Position numbers and translations under genes: made by a program. A stretch of DNA of 64,000 nt from an uncultured bacterium (lineage in GTDB: Bacteria > Zhuqueibacterota > QNDG01 > DTFT01), in assembly GCA_963736115.1 (NCBI GenBank), contig CAVTNR010000005.1, positions 69,419-133,418 on the forward strand. Reading direction: 5' to 3'. Numbering within the stretch: position 1 is the first letter of the stretch; each line of letters begins with the position of its first letter. The notes under the pieces were generated by a model that was given only the letters and a program-made list of their open reading frames with translations, did no database searches and was not told where the DNA came from. Below, one piece after another: positions 9,479 to 19,781 of this stretch.

Positions 9479-10765
9479 ATGATCGAGATCTACGAAGGCG
9501 ACCGCATTGACGGGTTCCTGAAACGGCTTGAAACCCGTCGTGAAGAGACCTCCCGCGAAGTCCGGAACGCGGTGCAGGACATCATCACCGACGTCCGAAA
9601 GCACGGCGACGAGGCCCTTCTGCGGTACACGCGGGAATTCGACAAGGTGGAGATTCCGGAAAGCGCGATCCGCGTTCCCGAGCGGGATATCCGCGCGGCC
9701 ATGGACGCCGCGGACCCGGCTTTCCTCGAAGTGCTCCGGCGTTCCGCGGAGAACATCCGCCGTTTCCACAGCAAGGGAGCCCGCCGGTCCTGGATCGAAT
9801 GGGAATCGGACGGCGTGATGCTGGGACAGCGCGTGCGACCCCTGGACCGGGTGGGCGCGTACGTACCGGGCGGAAGGGCCGCCTATGCCTCGTCCCTGCT
9901 CATGGCCGTGGTGCCCGCCCAGGTCGCCGGCGTGCGGGAAATCGCCGTGGTGTCGCCGCCCGGTTCCGAAGGCCATCCGCATCCTTCGATCCTCGCGGCG
10001 GCCGGCGTGCTGGGCCTCACGGAATTCTATTGCATCGGCGGCGCCCAGGCCGTGGCCGCGCTCGCGGTCGGCACCGAGACCGTGCGCCGCGTGGATAAGA
10101 TCGTGGGCCCGGGCAACCTCTACGTCGCCGAGGCGAAGCGCCAGGTGTTTGGAACGGTCGCGATCGACATGGTCGCCGGCCCGAGCGAAGTTGTGATTCT
10201 GGCCGACGGTACGGCTGATCCGGCTTTCATTGCCGCGGACCTTCTGGCCCAGGCGGAGCACGATCCGACCGCGTCCTCGGTGTGCGTCACGCCGGACGCC
10301 GACCTCGCCGAAGGCGTCCGGAAGGCCGTGAAGGAGCAGGCTGAACCCCTACAACGGAAACCGATCGTGACGGCCTCGCTCCGTGTCTGGGGCGGCATCC
10401 TCCGCGTGGCGTCCATGGAAAAGGCCGTGGACATGGTCAACCGGCTCGCGCCCGAACATCTGGGCATACACGCGAAGAACGCCTGGGAACTCGTGGAATC
10501 CGTCCGACACGCCGGCGCGATCTTCCTCGGAGACTGGTCCCCGGAGACCGTGGGCGACTACTGGGCGGGTCCGAACCACATCCTGCCGACCAACACGACC
10601 GCCCGGTTCTCCTCCCCCCTGGGAACCGACGACTTTCTGAAGACGAGCAGCCTGATTTCCTGGAGCCGGCGCGCGCTCCAGCGTGATGCGGAATCGATCA
10701 TGAAATTCGCAGCCATGGAGGGCCTGGACGCCCATGTCAACGCCGTCCGAAAACGCATCGAATGA
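9479..10765 (+). CDS. hisD: histidinol dehydrogenase
   Basis: [53 protein letters not shown]. Confidence 0.97.
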   Translation: MIEIYEGDRIDGFLKRLETRREETSREVRNAVQDIITDVRKHGDEALLRYTREFDKVEIPESAIRVPERDIRAAMDAADPAFLEVLRRSAENIRRFHSKGARRSWIEWESDGVMLGQRVRPLDRVGAYVPGGRAAYASSLLMAVVPAQVAGVREIAVVSPPGSEGHPHPSILAAAGVLGLTEFYCIGGAQAVAALAVGTETVRRVDKIVGPGNLYVAEAKRQVFGTVAIDMVAGPSEVVILADGTADPAFIAADLLAQAEHDPTASSVCVTPDADLAEGVRKAVKEQAEPLQRKPIVTASLRVWGGILRVASMEKAVDMVNRLAPEHLGIHAKNAWELVESVRHAGAIFLGDWSPETVGDYWAGPNHILPTNTTARFSSPLGTDDFLKTSSLISWSRRALQRDAESIMKFAAMEGLDAHVNAVRKRIE

Positions 10766-11900
10766 CACGGCCGGACGGGACCTGAAGGCCGCCGACACGG
10801 AAAGTCCGCAGCCGGGATCCCCGGTCGAAACGGCGCTCGGCAACATCCGGCCCCTGGTCCGGTCGCTGAAGGGGTATCCCGCGCCGCAACAGGGCGAAAT
10901 GATCGCCAAGCTCAACCAGAACGAGAATCCCTATGACGTGCCGGCCGAATGGAAGGACGAAATACTCGAGTCCATGCGCAGTCTGGAGTGGACCCGCTAC
11001 CCGGCCTACGATCCCCCGGAACTGAGGGAGAAGCTGGCGGCCCGGCTCGGCGTGGAACCGGACCGCATCCTGCTGGGAAACGGATCCAACCAGATTCTTT
11101 TTCTGCTGGGAACGGCACTCCTGTCGCCCGGCGACCGGGTGGTGATTGCACCGCCGACCTTCTCGCTGTTCGAAACCGCGGCGCGGATCGCGCACGGGTC
11201 CGTGGTCCTGGTGGATCAGAATCCCGATTTCTCCGTGGACGGCACGAAAGTCCTTGCCGCCGCGGAAAGCGCCCGTCTGACTTTTCTCTGCTCGCCCGAC
11301 AATCCAACCGGGCACACCGTGCCCCTGGACTTCCTGGAGTCCGTGTGCGGCGGCACATCCGGCCTGGTCGCCTGGGACGAGGCGTACGGCGAGTTCTGGG
11401 GCGAGACGGCGGTGCCGCTGATCGACCGGCATCCGAACCTCGTCATCCTCAAGACCTTCTCCAAGGCCCTGGGACTGGCGGGCCTGAGGATCGGCTATCT
11501 CATCGGCCACCCGTCCATCGTGGCCGAACTGAAGAAGGTGAACATTCCTTTCAATGTGAATCTGATGAGCAACCTGACGGCACTCAAACTCCTGGACCGG
11601 CCGGAATGGATCGCCGAGCAGGCGGGCCGCATCGTCTCGGAGCGGAACCGCCTGTCCGAGGCGCTCCGCTCCATCCCCGGAATCACGCCCTTTCCCAGCG
11701 CGGCGAATTTCATTCTGATGCGGACGCCGGAAGGAGACGCCGTATTCAACGGACTCAGGGCCGAGGGCATTCTGGTGCGGCCCACGGAGGCCCACCCCCT
11801 GCTGAAGAACTGCCTGCGCGTGACCGTTGGAAAACCGGATGAGAATGAGGCGTTCCTGGCGGCGCTGCGGAGGGTGGTAAAGAAAGTTCATAGTTCATAG
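10734..11900 (+). CDS. hisC: histidinol-phosphate aminotransferase
   Basis: KLNQNENPY, GNGSNQ, SPDNPTG, DEAY, KTFSKALGLAGLRIGY. Confidence 0.95.
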   Translation: MSTPSENASNDTAGRDLKAADTESPQPGSPVETALGNIRPLVRSLKGYPAPQQGEMIAKLNQNENPYDVPAEWKDEILESMRSLEWTRYPAYDPPELREKLAARLGVEPDRILLGNGSNQILFLLGTALLSPGDRVVIAPPTFSLFETAARIAHGSVVLVDQNPDFSVDGTKVLAAAESARLTFLCSPDNPTGHTVPLDFLESVCGGTSGLVAWDEAYGEFWGETAVPLIDRHPNLVILKTFSKALGLAGLRIGYLIGHPSIVAELKKVNIPFNVNLMSNLTALKLLDRPEWIAEQAGRIVSERNRLSEALRSIPGITPFPSAANFILMRTPEGDAVFNGLRAEGILVRPTEAHPLLKNCLRVTVGKPDENEAFLAALRRVVKKVHSS

Positions 11901-12019
11901 TTCATGGTTCATTGGGAAAAAGTTCATGGTTCATTGTTCATAGTTCATAGTAAAAAGAAATCTCTGTCGGCTTCCTTATTCTTTTTTAACTATGAACTAT
12001 GAACCATCAACTATGAACA
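11885..12019. repeat. GTTCATR inverted-array element, copy A (double left arm)
   Basis: Left arms 11885-11913 and 11921-11951, ~36-nt spacer, right arm (YATGAAC)n 11988-12019; supplies the hisC TAG. Confidence 0.92.
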
Positions 12020-12054
12020 TAAGAAAGATCAGAAATTTCAGAGGGAGTAAAAAG

Positions 12055-12642
12055 ATGCCCCGCACATCGGAAGTCTCCCGTAAAACAAAAGAGACGGACA
12101 TCACCGTCCGGCTCTCGCTGGACGGAACCGGCGCATCGCGCATCACGACCGGCGTGGGTTTTTTCGACCACATGCTCGAGTCCCTGTCGCGCCACGGCGG
12201 CTTTGATCTCGAGGTCGAGGCCCGGGGCGACCTGCAGACCGGAGACCACCACACGGTGGAGGATGTCGGGCTGTGCCTCGGCGAGGCTTTCCGCAAGGCC
12301 CTCGGGGACAAGCGGGGCATCGTCCGGTTCGGCTGGGCCTACTGCCCCATGGACGAGGCGCTGGCGCGGGCCGTCGTGGACCTCTCCGGCCGGCCCCACG
12401 CGGAATGCGGGTTCGACGCGCCGTTCTCGGACATCGGTAATTTCCGCGGCGATTCGGTCATCGAATTCTGCCGCGCCCTGTCGAACGCCGGCGCCTTCAC
12501 AGTCCATCTGGATCTGATCCGCGGCGGCAACATCCATCACGGCCTGGAGGCGCTGTTCAAGGCGCTCAGCCTGGCCCTGCGCCAGGCCGTCTCCGTCCGC
12601 CCCGGAGACGCGGCGGTCCCATCGACGAAAGGGACGCTGTAA
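12055..12642 (+). CDS. hisB: imidazoleglycerol-phosphate dehydratase
   Basis: RKTKETDI, GFFDHML, DHHTVED, PMDEAL, NIHHGLEALFKA, PSTKG. Confidence 0.96.
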   Translation: MPRTSEVSRKTKETDITVRLSLDGTGASRITTGVGFFDHMLESLSRHGGFDLEVEARGDLQTGDHHTVEDVGLCLGEAFRKALGDKRGIVRFGWAYCPMDEALARAVVDLSGRPHAECGFDAPFSDIGNFRGDSVIEFCRALSNAGAFTVHLDLIRGGNIHHGLEALFKALSLALRQAVSVRPGDAAVPSTKGTL

Positions 12643-13254
12643 ATGATCGTGGTCGTGGATTACGACGCGGGCAATCTGCGCAGTGTGACCAAGGCGCTCG
12701 AGTCACTGGGCGCGGACGTCCGGGTGTCGGGAAGCCGAAAGGAAGTGGAAGCCGCGGACAAAATCGTACTGCCGGGCGTCGGCGCATTCGGAAAGGCGGT
12801 CCGCTCGCTGGAATCCAAGTCTCTGCTGGCCCCGCTGGCCGATGCCGCGTCGCAGGCCTCCGCCGACGGACGGCCGTTTCTCGGAATCTGCCTCGGCATG
12901 CAGCTGCTCTACGAAGCAAGCGAGGAGGACCCGGAAATCCGCGGCCTGGGCGTCCTGCCGGGGCGGGTGGTCCGCTTCGCGCCGGGCCGTAAAATTCCGC
13001 ATCTGGGCTGGAACACCGTGTCCAGGCGCGGTGAATCACCGCTCTGGGACGGAATCCCGGACGGCGCTTTTTATTATTTCGCGCATTCCTTCTACGGCGT
13101 TCCGGAAGACAGCCGGCTGGTGTCCGGCGAAACGGAATACGGCGGTCCCTTCGCCTCCGCCGTCCGCAAGGACCGGCTTTTCGGCATCCAGTTCCATCCT
13201 GAAAAATCGCAGGCGGCCGGCCTCCGCCTCCTGTCGAATTTCGTGAGCCTGTAG
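12643..13254 (+). CDS. hisH: imidazole glycerol phosphate synthase, glutaminase subunit
   Basis: DYDAGNLRSV, LPGVGAF, GICLGMQ, PHLGWN, QFHPEKS. Confidence 0.97.
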   Translation: MIVVVDYDAGNLRSVTKALESLGADVRVSGSRKEVEAADKIVLPGVGAFGKAVRSLESKSLLAPLADAASQASADGRPFLGICLGMQLLYEASEEDPEIRGLGVLPGRVVRFAPGRKIPHLGWNTVSRRGESPLWDGIPDGAFYYFAHSFYGVPEDSRLVSGETEYGGPFASAVRKDRLFGIQFHPEKSQAAGLRLLSNFVSL

Positions 13255-13261
13255 GAGGGCA

Positions 13262-14011
13262 ATGCAGATCATACCCGCCATCGACCTGCTGGGCGGCCGG
13301 GTTGTCCGCCTGACGCAGGGACGCGAGGAATCGGCCGTGGTGTATTCGGACCGGCCGGAGGAAACGGCGGTCGCCCTGGAATCCGCGGGAGCGGACTGGA
13401 TCCACGTCGTGGACCTGGACGGCGCCTTCGGCCGGCCGGGCGTGAACGCCGCGGCCGTGGAGCGGATCGCCTCTTCGGTGCGGGCCTCCGTGGAGCTCGG
13501 AGGCGGCATCCGGGATCGGGATCGGATCCGGTTCTGGCTCGAACGGGGCGTCGACCGCGTGGTGCTGGGCTCCGCGGCGGTTCGCGATCCGGGCCTGGTC
13601 ACGGAAGCCGTCGCGGCACACGGGCCTGACGCCGTCGTCGCAGGCATCGACGTACGGAACGGCCGGGTCTCGGTGGCCGGATGGACCGAGGACGGCGGCC
13701 GGGATGCCCTGGATTTTGCGCGAGAGATGGAATCCTCCGGCGTGAAGCTCGCCGTGGTCACGGAAATATCAGCGGACGGCATGCTGGCCGGAACCGACGC
13801 GCGTTCCGCGGCCCGCATCGCGGAGGGGACTGGCCTGTCGGTCATCGTATCCGGCGGCGTGGGACGGATGGAGGACATTGAAACCGTCGACCGCCTGCGG
13901 CTCCCCGGGATCCGGGGCGTCATCGTCGGCAAGGCCTATTACGAAGGTCGGATCGACCTGGCGGAGGCGATTCGGCGGTTCGGACCGCCGCAACCCGGAC
14001 GGACGTCATGA
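13262..14011 (+). CDS. hisA: ProFAR isomerase
   Basis: IIPAIDL, HVVDLDGA, GGGIR, DGMLAG, SGGVG, GKAYYEG. Confidence 0.96.
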   Translation: MQIIPAIDLLGGRVVRLTQGREESAVVYSDRPEETAVALESAGADWIHVVDLDGAFGRPGVNAAAVERIASSVRASVELGGGIRDRDRIRFWLERGVDRVVLGSAAVRDPGLVTEAVAAHGPDAVVAGIDVRNGRVSVAGWTEDGGRDALDFAREMESSGVKLAVVTEISADGMLAGTDARSAARIAEGTGLSVIVSGGVGRMEDIETVDRLRLPGIRGVIVGKAYYEGRIDLAEAIRRFGPPQPGRTS

Positions 14012-15477
14012 AAAAACTGCTGGTGGTGGACGACGAAGTTCTGATCGCCGCCGAGCTCAAGGATCATCTCGAGCGGATGCATTTCAACGTGGCCGGAACC
14101 GCCCACTCCGGAGAGGAAGCCGTGGAGCTGGCCGGCCGACTCAAGCCCGACCTTGTCATTCTCGACATCATGCTCGGGGAAGGCCGCATGGACGGCATCG
14201 AGGCGGCGGAAATCATCCGGGACCGGTTCGACATTTCCGTGGTCTTCATCACGGCCTACGGGAACGAGCAGATCATCGACCGGGCAAAGACCGTCGACCC
14301 GCTCGGGTTCATCTCCAAACCGTTCTTCGAGGACGAGCTCAAGGCCTGCGTGGAGCTGGCCCTGTACAAGGTCGACCGCGACCGGACGCTGCGGGACTCG
14401 GAGGAGCGGTACCGTTCGGTCGTGGTTTCGGCGGTCGAGGCGATCATCATCGCCGACATCCGCATGCGGATCGTTTTCTGGAACCGGGCCGCGTCCGGCA
14501 TGTTCGGCCACACCGCCGAGGAAATCGAGCGGAGGCCCGTCCTGGATCTGATCTCGGAGCCCCAGCGGAAAGCCCTGGCCGTTGAAATGGACCGGATGGT
14601 GCTGACCGAGGAGAAGGACACGTCCGGTCGGACGGCCGAGACCGTCGGACTCCGCAAGGACGGAAGCGAATTCCCCATGGAGTTTTCCCTCTCCTCCTGG
14701 GTGGTCCGGGACGACATTTTCTTCACGATCAACGCCCGCGACATCACCGACCGCAAGAAGGTCGAACAGATGAAGACGGACTTCGTATCGCTGGTGTCGC
14801 ATCAGCTCAAAACACCGGTGGCAGGCGTGCTCGGATGCATCGACAATCTGCTGTCCGGTATCGCGGGGCCGATCACGCCGGAGCAGCGTGAATACCTGCT
14901 CATGATGCGCGATATCAGCCTCCGCAACTACCGGAACATCAACGACCTGCTCAACGTGTCTCGCATCGAGCGGGGCGTGGTCGAAGCCAATGTCAAGCGG
15001 TGGAATCTCAAACGCATTCTGGCCCAGGTGCTGCGCGACAACCGGTCCGCGTTCCGCGAGAAGGGGCTTTGCCTGAAAATCGAAGGCGGCGGCCGGCGGT
15101 ACGAGGCAATGGCCGACCGCGACAAGCTGTACGAGGCGTTCAGCAATATTCTCCACAATGCCCTGAAATTCACGGAAAAGGGCGGCATCACCGTCAACCT
15201 GCGGCCGGAGAACGGCCGGTGCCGGATCGAATTCGCGGACACCGGTCCCGGCATTCCGGCCGAACTGCAGAAACGCCTCTTCAAGCGGAACATGGTCCTG
15301 CACGGCGCGCCGGATCCGAAGCGCGGCAGCGGATTGGGGCTATTCATTGCGAAGGAATTCATGACGTTGCAGGGAGGGGATCTGAGCGCGACCTCCTCGC
15401 CCGAGCGGGGCAGCTGCTTCCGGTTCACCATACCGCTCGCGGAGGACCAACGAACGGAGACAACCGATGGAAGGTAA
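14008..15477 (+). CDS. hybrid sensor kinase (REC-PAS-HisKA-HATPase)
   Basis: N-terminal receiver (LVVDDE, LDIML, FITAY, KPF), PAS domain (WNRAAS..FG, RKDGSEFP), SHQLKTP H-box, NALKFT, DTGPGI, GSGLGL. Confidence 0.93.
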   Translation: MKKLLVVDDEVLIAAELKDHLERMHFNVAGTAHSGEEAVELAGRLKPDLVILDIMLGEGRMDGIEAAEIIRDRFDISVVFITAYGNEQIIDRAKTVDPLGFISKPFFEDELKACVELALYKVDRDRTLRDSEERYRSVVVSAVEAIIIADIRMRIVFWNRAASGMFGHTAEEIERRPVLDLISEPQRKALAVEMDRMVLTEEKDTSGRTAETVGLRKDGSEFPMEFSLSSWVVRDDIFFTINARDITDRKKVEQMKTDFVSLVSHQLKTPVAGVLGCIDNLLSGIAGPITPEQREYLLMMRDISLRNYRNINDLLNVSRIERGVVEANVKRWNLKRILAQVLRDNRSAFREKGLCLKIEGGGRRYEAMADRDKLYEAFSNILHNALKFTEKGGITVNLRPENGRCRIEFADTGPGIPAELQKRLFKRNMVLHGAPDPKRGSGLGLFIAKEFMTLQGGDLSATSSPERGSCFRFTIPLAEDQRTETTDGR

Positions 15478-15862
15478 AAGCCAGGGAACGATACTGCTCG
15501 TGGAGGATGAACCGGTTTTCCGTCTGATCTACCGGGGGGTCCTGCAGAACGCCGGTTACACGGTAATCGAGGCGCCGGACGGACAGACGGGCTGGGAAAT
15601 GATCCGGGAACGCAAGCCCGACCTGGTCCTGCTGGACCTCATTCTGCCCAGGATGAGCGGGCACGAAGTGCTGCACAACATCCGCTCGGACGCCTCGACC
15701 CGGGATATCCCCGTCGTGATCTTCTCCGTCATGGGCCAGGAGAAGGACGTGGAACGCTCGTTCGCGCTCGGCGCCAACGAGCACCGGATGAAGGGCATGG
15801 AATCTCCGATGCGGATACTCAGCCTGATCCAGGAAATCCTGAACAAGAAACCGATCGCCTGA
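15467..15862 (+). CDS. single-domain response regulator
   Basis: [28 protein letters not shown]. Confidence 0.92.
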   Translation: MEGKSQGTILLVEDEPVFRLIYRGVLQNAGYTVIEAPDGQTGWEMIRERKPDLVLLDLILPRMSGHEVLHNIRSDASTRDIPVVIFSVMGQEKDVERSFALGANEHRMKGMESPMRILSLIQEILNKKPIA

Positions 15863-15863
15863 C

Positions 15864-16619
15864 ATGCTGGCCAAACGCATTATCCCCTGCCTCGATGTGA
15901 AGGACGGCCGCGTCGTGAAGGGCGTCCGTTTCCTCGACCTGACGGACGCAGGCGACCCCGTGGAGCAGGCGCGTTTTTACGACCGGGAAGGCGCGGACGA
16001 GATCGTATTCCTCGACATCACCGCCTCGGCCGAAAAGCGGGACATTCTGCTCGACGTGGTCCGCCGCACGGCCGAAGTCGTGTTTACGCCCCTCACGGTG
16101 GGCGGCGGCGTCCGGACCGAGGAGGATGCCCGGGTTCTGCTCGAGGGGGGGGCCGATAAGGTCAGCATCAACACCGCGGCCGTCCGGGACCCGGACCTGA
16201 TCACCCGCTGCGCGTCCCGTTTCGGCAGTCAGGCGGTCGTGGTCGCCGTCGACGCTAAGCGCCGGGACGGCGCCTGGAAGGTTTTCGTCCGGGGCGGCCG
16301 CGACGAGACGGCCCTGGACGCCGTGGCATGGGCGGTCGAAGCCGAACGGCTGGGCGCGGGCGAAATCCTGCTGACCAGCATGGACCGGGACGGAACACGC
16401 GACGGCTACGACCTCGGGCTCACACGGGCCGTGTCGCGCGCCGTGGGCGTGCCGGTCATCGCCTCCGGCGGGTGCGGATCTCTCGAGCACATCCGCCTGG
16501 CGTTCAGCGAGGGCGAGGCGGACGCGGCCCTCGCCGCCTCGATCTTTCATTTCCGTGAAAAATCCATTCTCGAATGCAAACGCTATCTGAAGGAGAAAAA
16601 CATCCATGTCCGATGCTGA
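15864..16619 (+). CDS. hisF: imidazole glycerol phosphate synthase, cyclase subunit
   Basis: [43 protein letters not shown]. Confidence 0.98.
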   Translation: MLAKRIIPCLDVKDGRVVKGVRFLDLTDAGDPVEQARFYDREGADEIVFLDITASAEKRDILLDVVRRTAEVVFTPLTVGGGVRTEEDARVLLEGGADKVSINTAAVRDPDLITRCASRFGSQAVVVAVDAKRRDGAWKVFVRGGRDETALDAVAWAVEAERLGAGEILLTSMDRDGTRDGYDLGLTRAVSRAVGVPVIASGGCGSLEHIRLAFSEGEADAALAASIFHFREKSILECKRYLKEKNIHVRC

Positions 16620-17019
16620 ACTGAAAATGGACGAAGCGCTTCTGAAAGAGGTCAAGTTCGACGGTCAGGGGCTCGTGCCGGCCATCGCCCAGCACTACCG
16701 AACCGGGGAAATCCTCATGCAGGCCTACATGAACGAGGAGAGCCTGCGCCGCACCATCGAGACCGGAAACGCCACCTACTGGAGCCGGTCCCGGTCCAAG
16801 CTGTGGATGAAGGGCGAGACCTCCGGCAATATCCAGCGGGTGATCGGCATTCTCATCGACTGCGACGCGGATTCCCTGCTCCTCCTGGTCGACCAGACCG
16901 GTCCGGCCTGCCATACCGGACAGGAATCGTGCTTCTACCGGACGCTCGCCAAACGCGACATGACGGCAGTGCCCGAAGAAGGGCATTCCTGCTCAGGCTG
17001 CGGGGGATGCTGCGGGTAA
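16606..17019 (+). CDS. hisI: phosphoribosyl-AMP cyclohydrolase with Cys-rich tail
   Basis: YWSRSR..LW.KGETSGN, DCDAD, ACHTG..SCF; no HisE domain. Confidence 0.94.
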   Translation: MSDAELKMDEALLKEVKFDGQGLVPAIAQHYRTGEILMQAYMNEESLRRTIETGNATYWSRSRSKLWMKGETSGNIQRVIGILIDCDADSLLLLVDQTGPACHTGQESCFYRTLAKRDMTAVPEEGHSCSGCGGCCG

Positions 17020-17041
17020 GTTTCCTTTGATCCCGGGATTT

Positions 17042-17080
17042 AAAAAGGTCCGAATCCTTGCGCTGGATTCGGACCTTTTT
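17042..17080. terminator. bidirectional intrinsic terminator at the end of the his operon
   Basis: AAAAAGGTCCGAATCC-7 nt-GGATTCGGACCTTTTT perfect stem. Confidence 0.9.
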
Positions 17081-17082
17081 CA

Positions 17083-17182
17083 AGTTCATTGTTCATAGTT
17101 CATGGTTCATAGTTGAAAAAGACAACTTTGAATGAATATCGTTGTTTCTTTAACTATGAACTATGAACCATGAACTATGAAC
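17083..17182. repeat. GTTCATR inverted-array element, copy B
   Basis: Left arm 17083-17114, ~37-nt spacer, right arm 17152-17182; an extra unit at 17196-17204 forms the methyltransferase stop. Confidence 0.92.
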
Positions 17183-17195
17183 AAAAGAATATAAG

Positions 17196-17981
17196 CTATG
17201 AACCTTTCTTTGCTATTAAAACCCTGAACCTCGACCCCTTCGCCACCGGCCGGACGCGGATGCCGGTGAATCCCGCCTTCCGGCACAGGGCGGCCCATTC
17301 GCGGAACGACACGCAGTATTCCCCGTCGCTGAACACGTGCTTCTTGCCGTTGTCGTACATGCGCCTGAAACCGTCGGGACCCGCGTCGGCCATGGCGGCC
17401 ATCCACTCCTCCCGAAGGAAATCCAGGATGCGACCGAGACGCTTCAGGTCAGCCGGATCGCCGGTGGTGTCGAGATCCACGTCGCCGATCACGAACCGGC
17501 CGCCGGGTTTCAGATGAGACCGGATGGAGCGGATCATGGGGAGCTTGTTCTTCACGTGATGGAGCGTCACCGTGGAGGCGATCACATCGAATGGGCCCAA
17601 ATGCGGATCCAGGCGGGCCGCGTCCCCGTTCCGGACCTCCACCCGCTTTTCGAGGCTCTTCCCCCTGATTTTCCGCCTGAAGCACGCAAGCATTTCAGCC
17701 GATTTGTCGATGCCGACCACCGTACAGTTCGCGGCTTCGAGAAGGCGCAGGCTCAGCAGGCCGGTGCCGCACCCGATGTCCAGCACCCGGTCGCCGTCCT
17801 TGACGCCGGAACCGGCCGTCACGAGGTCCAGCATTTTCAGGTGCCGCCGCATTCTCCCCAGCGTGGCGTCGTATTCGTTGGACCAGTCCTGGAACCATTC
17901 TTTTCTTTTCCCCTGCTTTATCAAATGACTTCTTCCTTTCGGATTCACGCGCAAGCTGTTCCGTTCGAGTTCATGGTTCAT
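17196..17981 (-). CDS. class I SAM-dependent methyltransferase (true start probably downstream of the repeat-derived ATG)
   Basis: VLDIGCGTG, GIDKSAEML, LHHV, LKPGG. Confidence 0.88.
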   Translation of the reverse strand: MNHELERNSLRVNPKGRSHLIKQGKRKEWFQDWSNEYDATLGRMRRHLKMLDLVTAGSGVKDGDRVLDIGCGTGLLSLRLLEAANCTVVGIDKSAEMLACFRRKIRGKSLEKRVEVRNGDAARLDPHLGPFDVIASTVTLHHVKNKLPMIRSIRSHLKPGGRFVIGDVDLDTTGDPADLKRLGRILDFLREEWMAAMADAGPDGFRRMYDNGKKHVFSDGEYCVSFREWAALCRKAGFTGIRVRPVAKGSRFRVLIAKKGS

Positions 17982-18068
17982 AGTTCATGGTTCATAGTCA
18001 AAGAAGCAACATTCCAAATTGCACGCCAACTTTTTCAACTATGAACGATGAACCATGAACTATGAACT
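17968..18068. repeat. GTTCATR inverted-array element, copy C
   Basis: Left arm 17968-17998, ~38-nt spacer, right arm 18037-18068. Confidence 0.92.
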
Positions 18069-18071
18069 GTT

Positions 18072-19373
18072 TCAGGCCAGCAGCGTTTTCAGATCCTCGA
18101 TTCTGTTCGCCGCGGGCACGCGCTTGGGGCAGGCGGCGGAGCAGGCGCCGCAGGCGCGGCACGCGGCAAGTCCCGCGCCCGGCGGGATCGCGTCGAGCGT
18201 ACGGCGCGCCTGTCCGAAATTCGCGTAGCAGGAAACGTACAGGTGCGTCCGCATGAGCGCGGGCACGTCCACGCCCGCCGGACAGGCCGCGGAACAGGCG
18301 CCGCACTGCACGCATGCGCCCAGCGACAATCGGACGTTCCGGTCCTGCAGGAACTTCCGCTCCTCGGCCGTGTAATCCAGGTCACGGGCCGCGGCCAGAT
18401 CCTCATCGAGCTGCTGGAACGTGGAAACGCCGGGAACCGCGGTCGCGATAAATGGATGCCGCAGCACCCATTTCAGCACGGCCCGGTGCATCATTTTGCC
18501 TTCGTAGTACTTCCGGCGGCTTTCAGGCTCCATGCCCTGGTACCAGTACTGCGCGCACTGCGTCTTCATCGCGACGAGTCCGATGCCTTTGGCGGCCGCG
18601 TTCCGGAGAACGGCGTCCAGGACGACGTCGTCGGACATCGCGTAATTATAGGACGTGAGGATCACGTCATAGAAGCCGTCCGTCGCGGCCGCGTCGATGC
18701 AGGCCGCCATGTTGGAGTGCGTGGAAAATCCCGCGAATCGGATTTTACCCTTTTCCTTCAACGAACGGAGGCCCTCCATCAGTCCGTCGTTCCGGACGTC
18801 TTCGACTGTACTGACATCATGCACATACACGATATCCACATAATGCGAGCGGAGACGGTTCAGGCTTTCCTCAACCCGGCGGATCATGGCGTCCCGGCCG
18901 GCGTTCCCGGACAGGTTGTTCCGCATGAACGGCACCAGTTCCTTGGTGGCGATGACCACCTGTTCTCTCATTTTCATGTCCGCGACAACGCGGCCGATCA
19001 TGGTTTCATTCGCCCCGTTGCCGTACGCGAAAGCGGTGTCCAGGTGCCGGACGCCGCTTTCCAGCGCGCGGCGGACCAGGTCCGGATTGGAGGAGTTCAT
19101 CACGCCCATGCTGAACACGGGAAGCGTGACCCCGGTTTTGCCCAGCTTGCGCGTGACCAGGCTTCCAGCGGCGTTCGCGGCCGCGGGCCCGCCTGCATTC
19201 CGGGGCACATCGGTTTGAAGCGGCGGAACGGAGAGCCCGCCTGCCGCGTTCTGCGGCCGGCCGGCGAGGCCCGCCAGACCGAGACCGGCGAGTCCGGCAG
19301 CGGCGCGGGCGAAAAATCCCCGTCTGTCCATCGGGTTCTCCTCCGCTTTCCGCTCCTCACTGCGCCGCTTCAT
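18072..19373 (-). CDS. Tat-exported aldo/keto reductase with C-terminal 4Fe-4S ferredoxin domain
   Basis: MDRRGFF twin-Arg signal, RKLGKTG, LDTAFAYG, IATK, GFSTH; two CxxCxxCxxxCP motifs. Confidence 0.9.
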   Translation of the reverse strand: MKRRSEERKAEENPMDRRGFFARAAAGLAGLGLAGLAGRPQNAAGGLSVPPLQTDVPRNAGGPAAANAAGSLVTRKLGKTGVTLPVFSMGVMNSSNPDLVRRALESGVRHLDTAFAYGNGANETMIGRVVADMKMREQVVIATKELVPFMRNNLSGNAGRDAMIRRVEESLNRLRSHYVDIVYVHDVSTVEDVRNDGLMEGLRSLKEKGKIRFAGFSTHSNMAACIDAAATDGFYDVILTSYNYAMSDDVVLDAVLRNAAAKGIGLVAMKTQCAQYWYQGMEPESRRKYYEGKMMHRAVLKWVLRHPFIATAVPGVSTFQQLDEDLAAARDLDYTAEERKFLQDRNVRLSLGACVQCGACSAACPAGVDVPALMRTHLYVSCYANFGQARRTLDAIPPGAGLAACRACGACSAACPKRVPAANRIEDLKTLLA

Positions 19374-19600
19374 TTGATTTTCTCGGGTTTACAGAGATGA
19401 TCGGGGCTCACCGCGGTCCTGCCACAGCTGTTGCAGATGTACGTCAATTCCCGGACCTTGCCGTTGCACAGGTGGCGCTGGTCGGGAATCAGGGATCCGC
19501 ACCAGTCGCAGGTCTCGTCGCTATGCGAAACCGGCACGCAAAGATGGCCATGTGCGCCAGCGGGTTTGTGACAGGTCGGGCAGAGATCGTCTTTCGCCAT
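19370..19600 (-). CDS. small Cys/His-rich protein
   Basis: 76 aa with three CxxC...HLC repeats; GGAGG SD; 4-nt overlap with the downstream gene. Confidence 0.8.
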   Translation of the reverse strand: MAKDDLCPTCHKPAGAHGHLCVPVSHSDETCDWCGSLIPDQRHLCNGKVRELTYICNSCGRTAVSPDHLCKPEKIK

Positions 19601-19781
19601 AATCGCCTCCTAGCAATAAGGGATGATCCGGATTCGGGAAAGCCGGCAGGCCGATGTTCCGCGCAGTCCGGGACCCTAATGTACAAAATCCGCGAGTCAA
19701 AAACCGTAAAAAAATGTTGCTTTAACGGCCGTTTTTGTATACTTTTAACCCAGCATTAGCGAAACCAACTAGGAGCGACCC

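Noticed and set aside
11992-12054. Repeat-derived starts (MNYEP... for hisB, MNHEL... at 17981 and similar short ORFs)
   Set aside because: The ATGs come from YATGAAC units, and hisB has a better SD-supported start at 12055.
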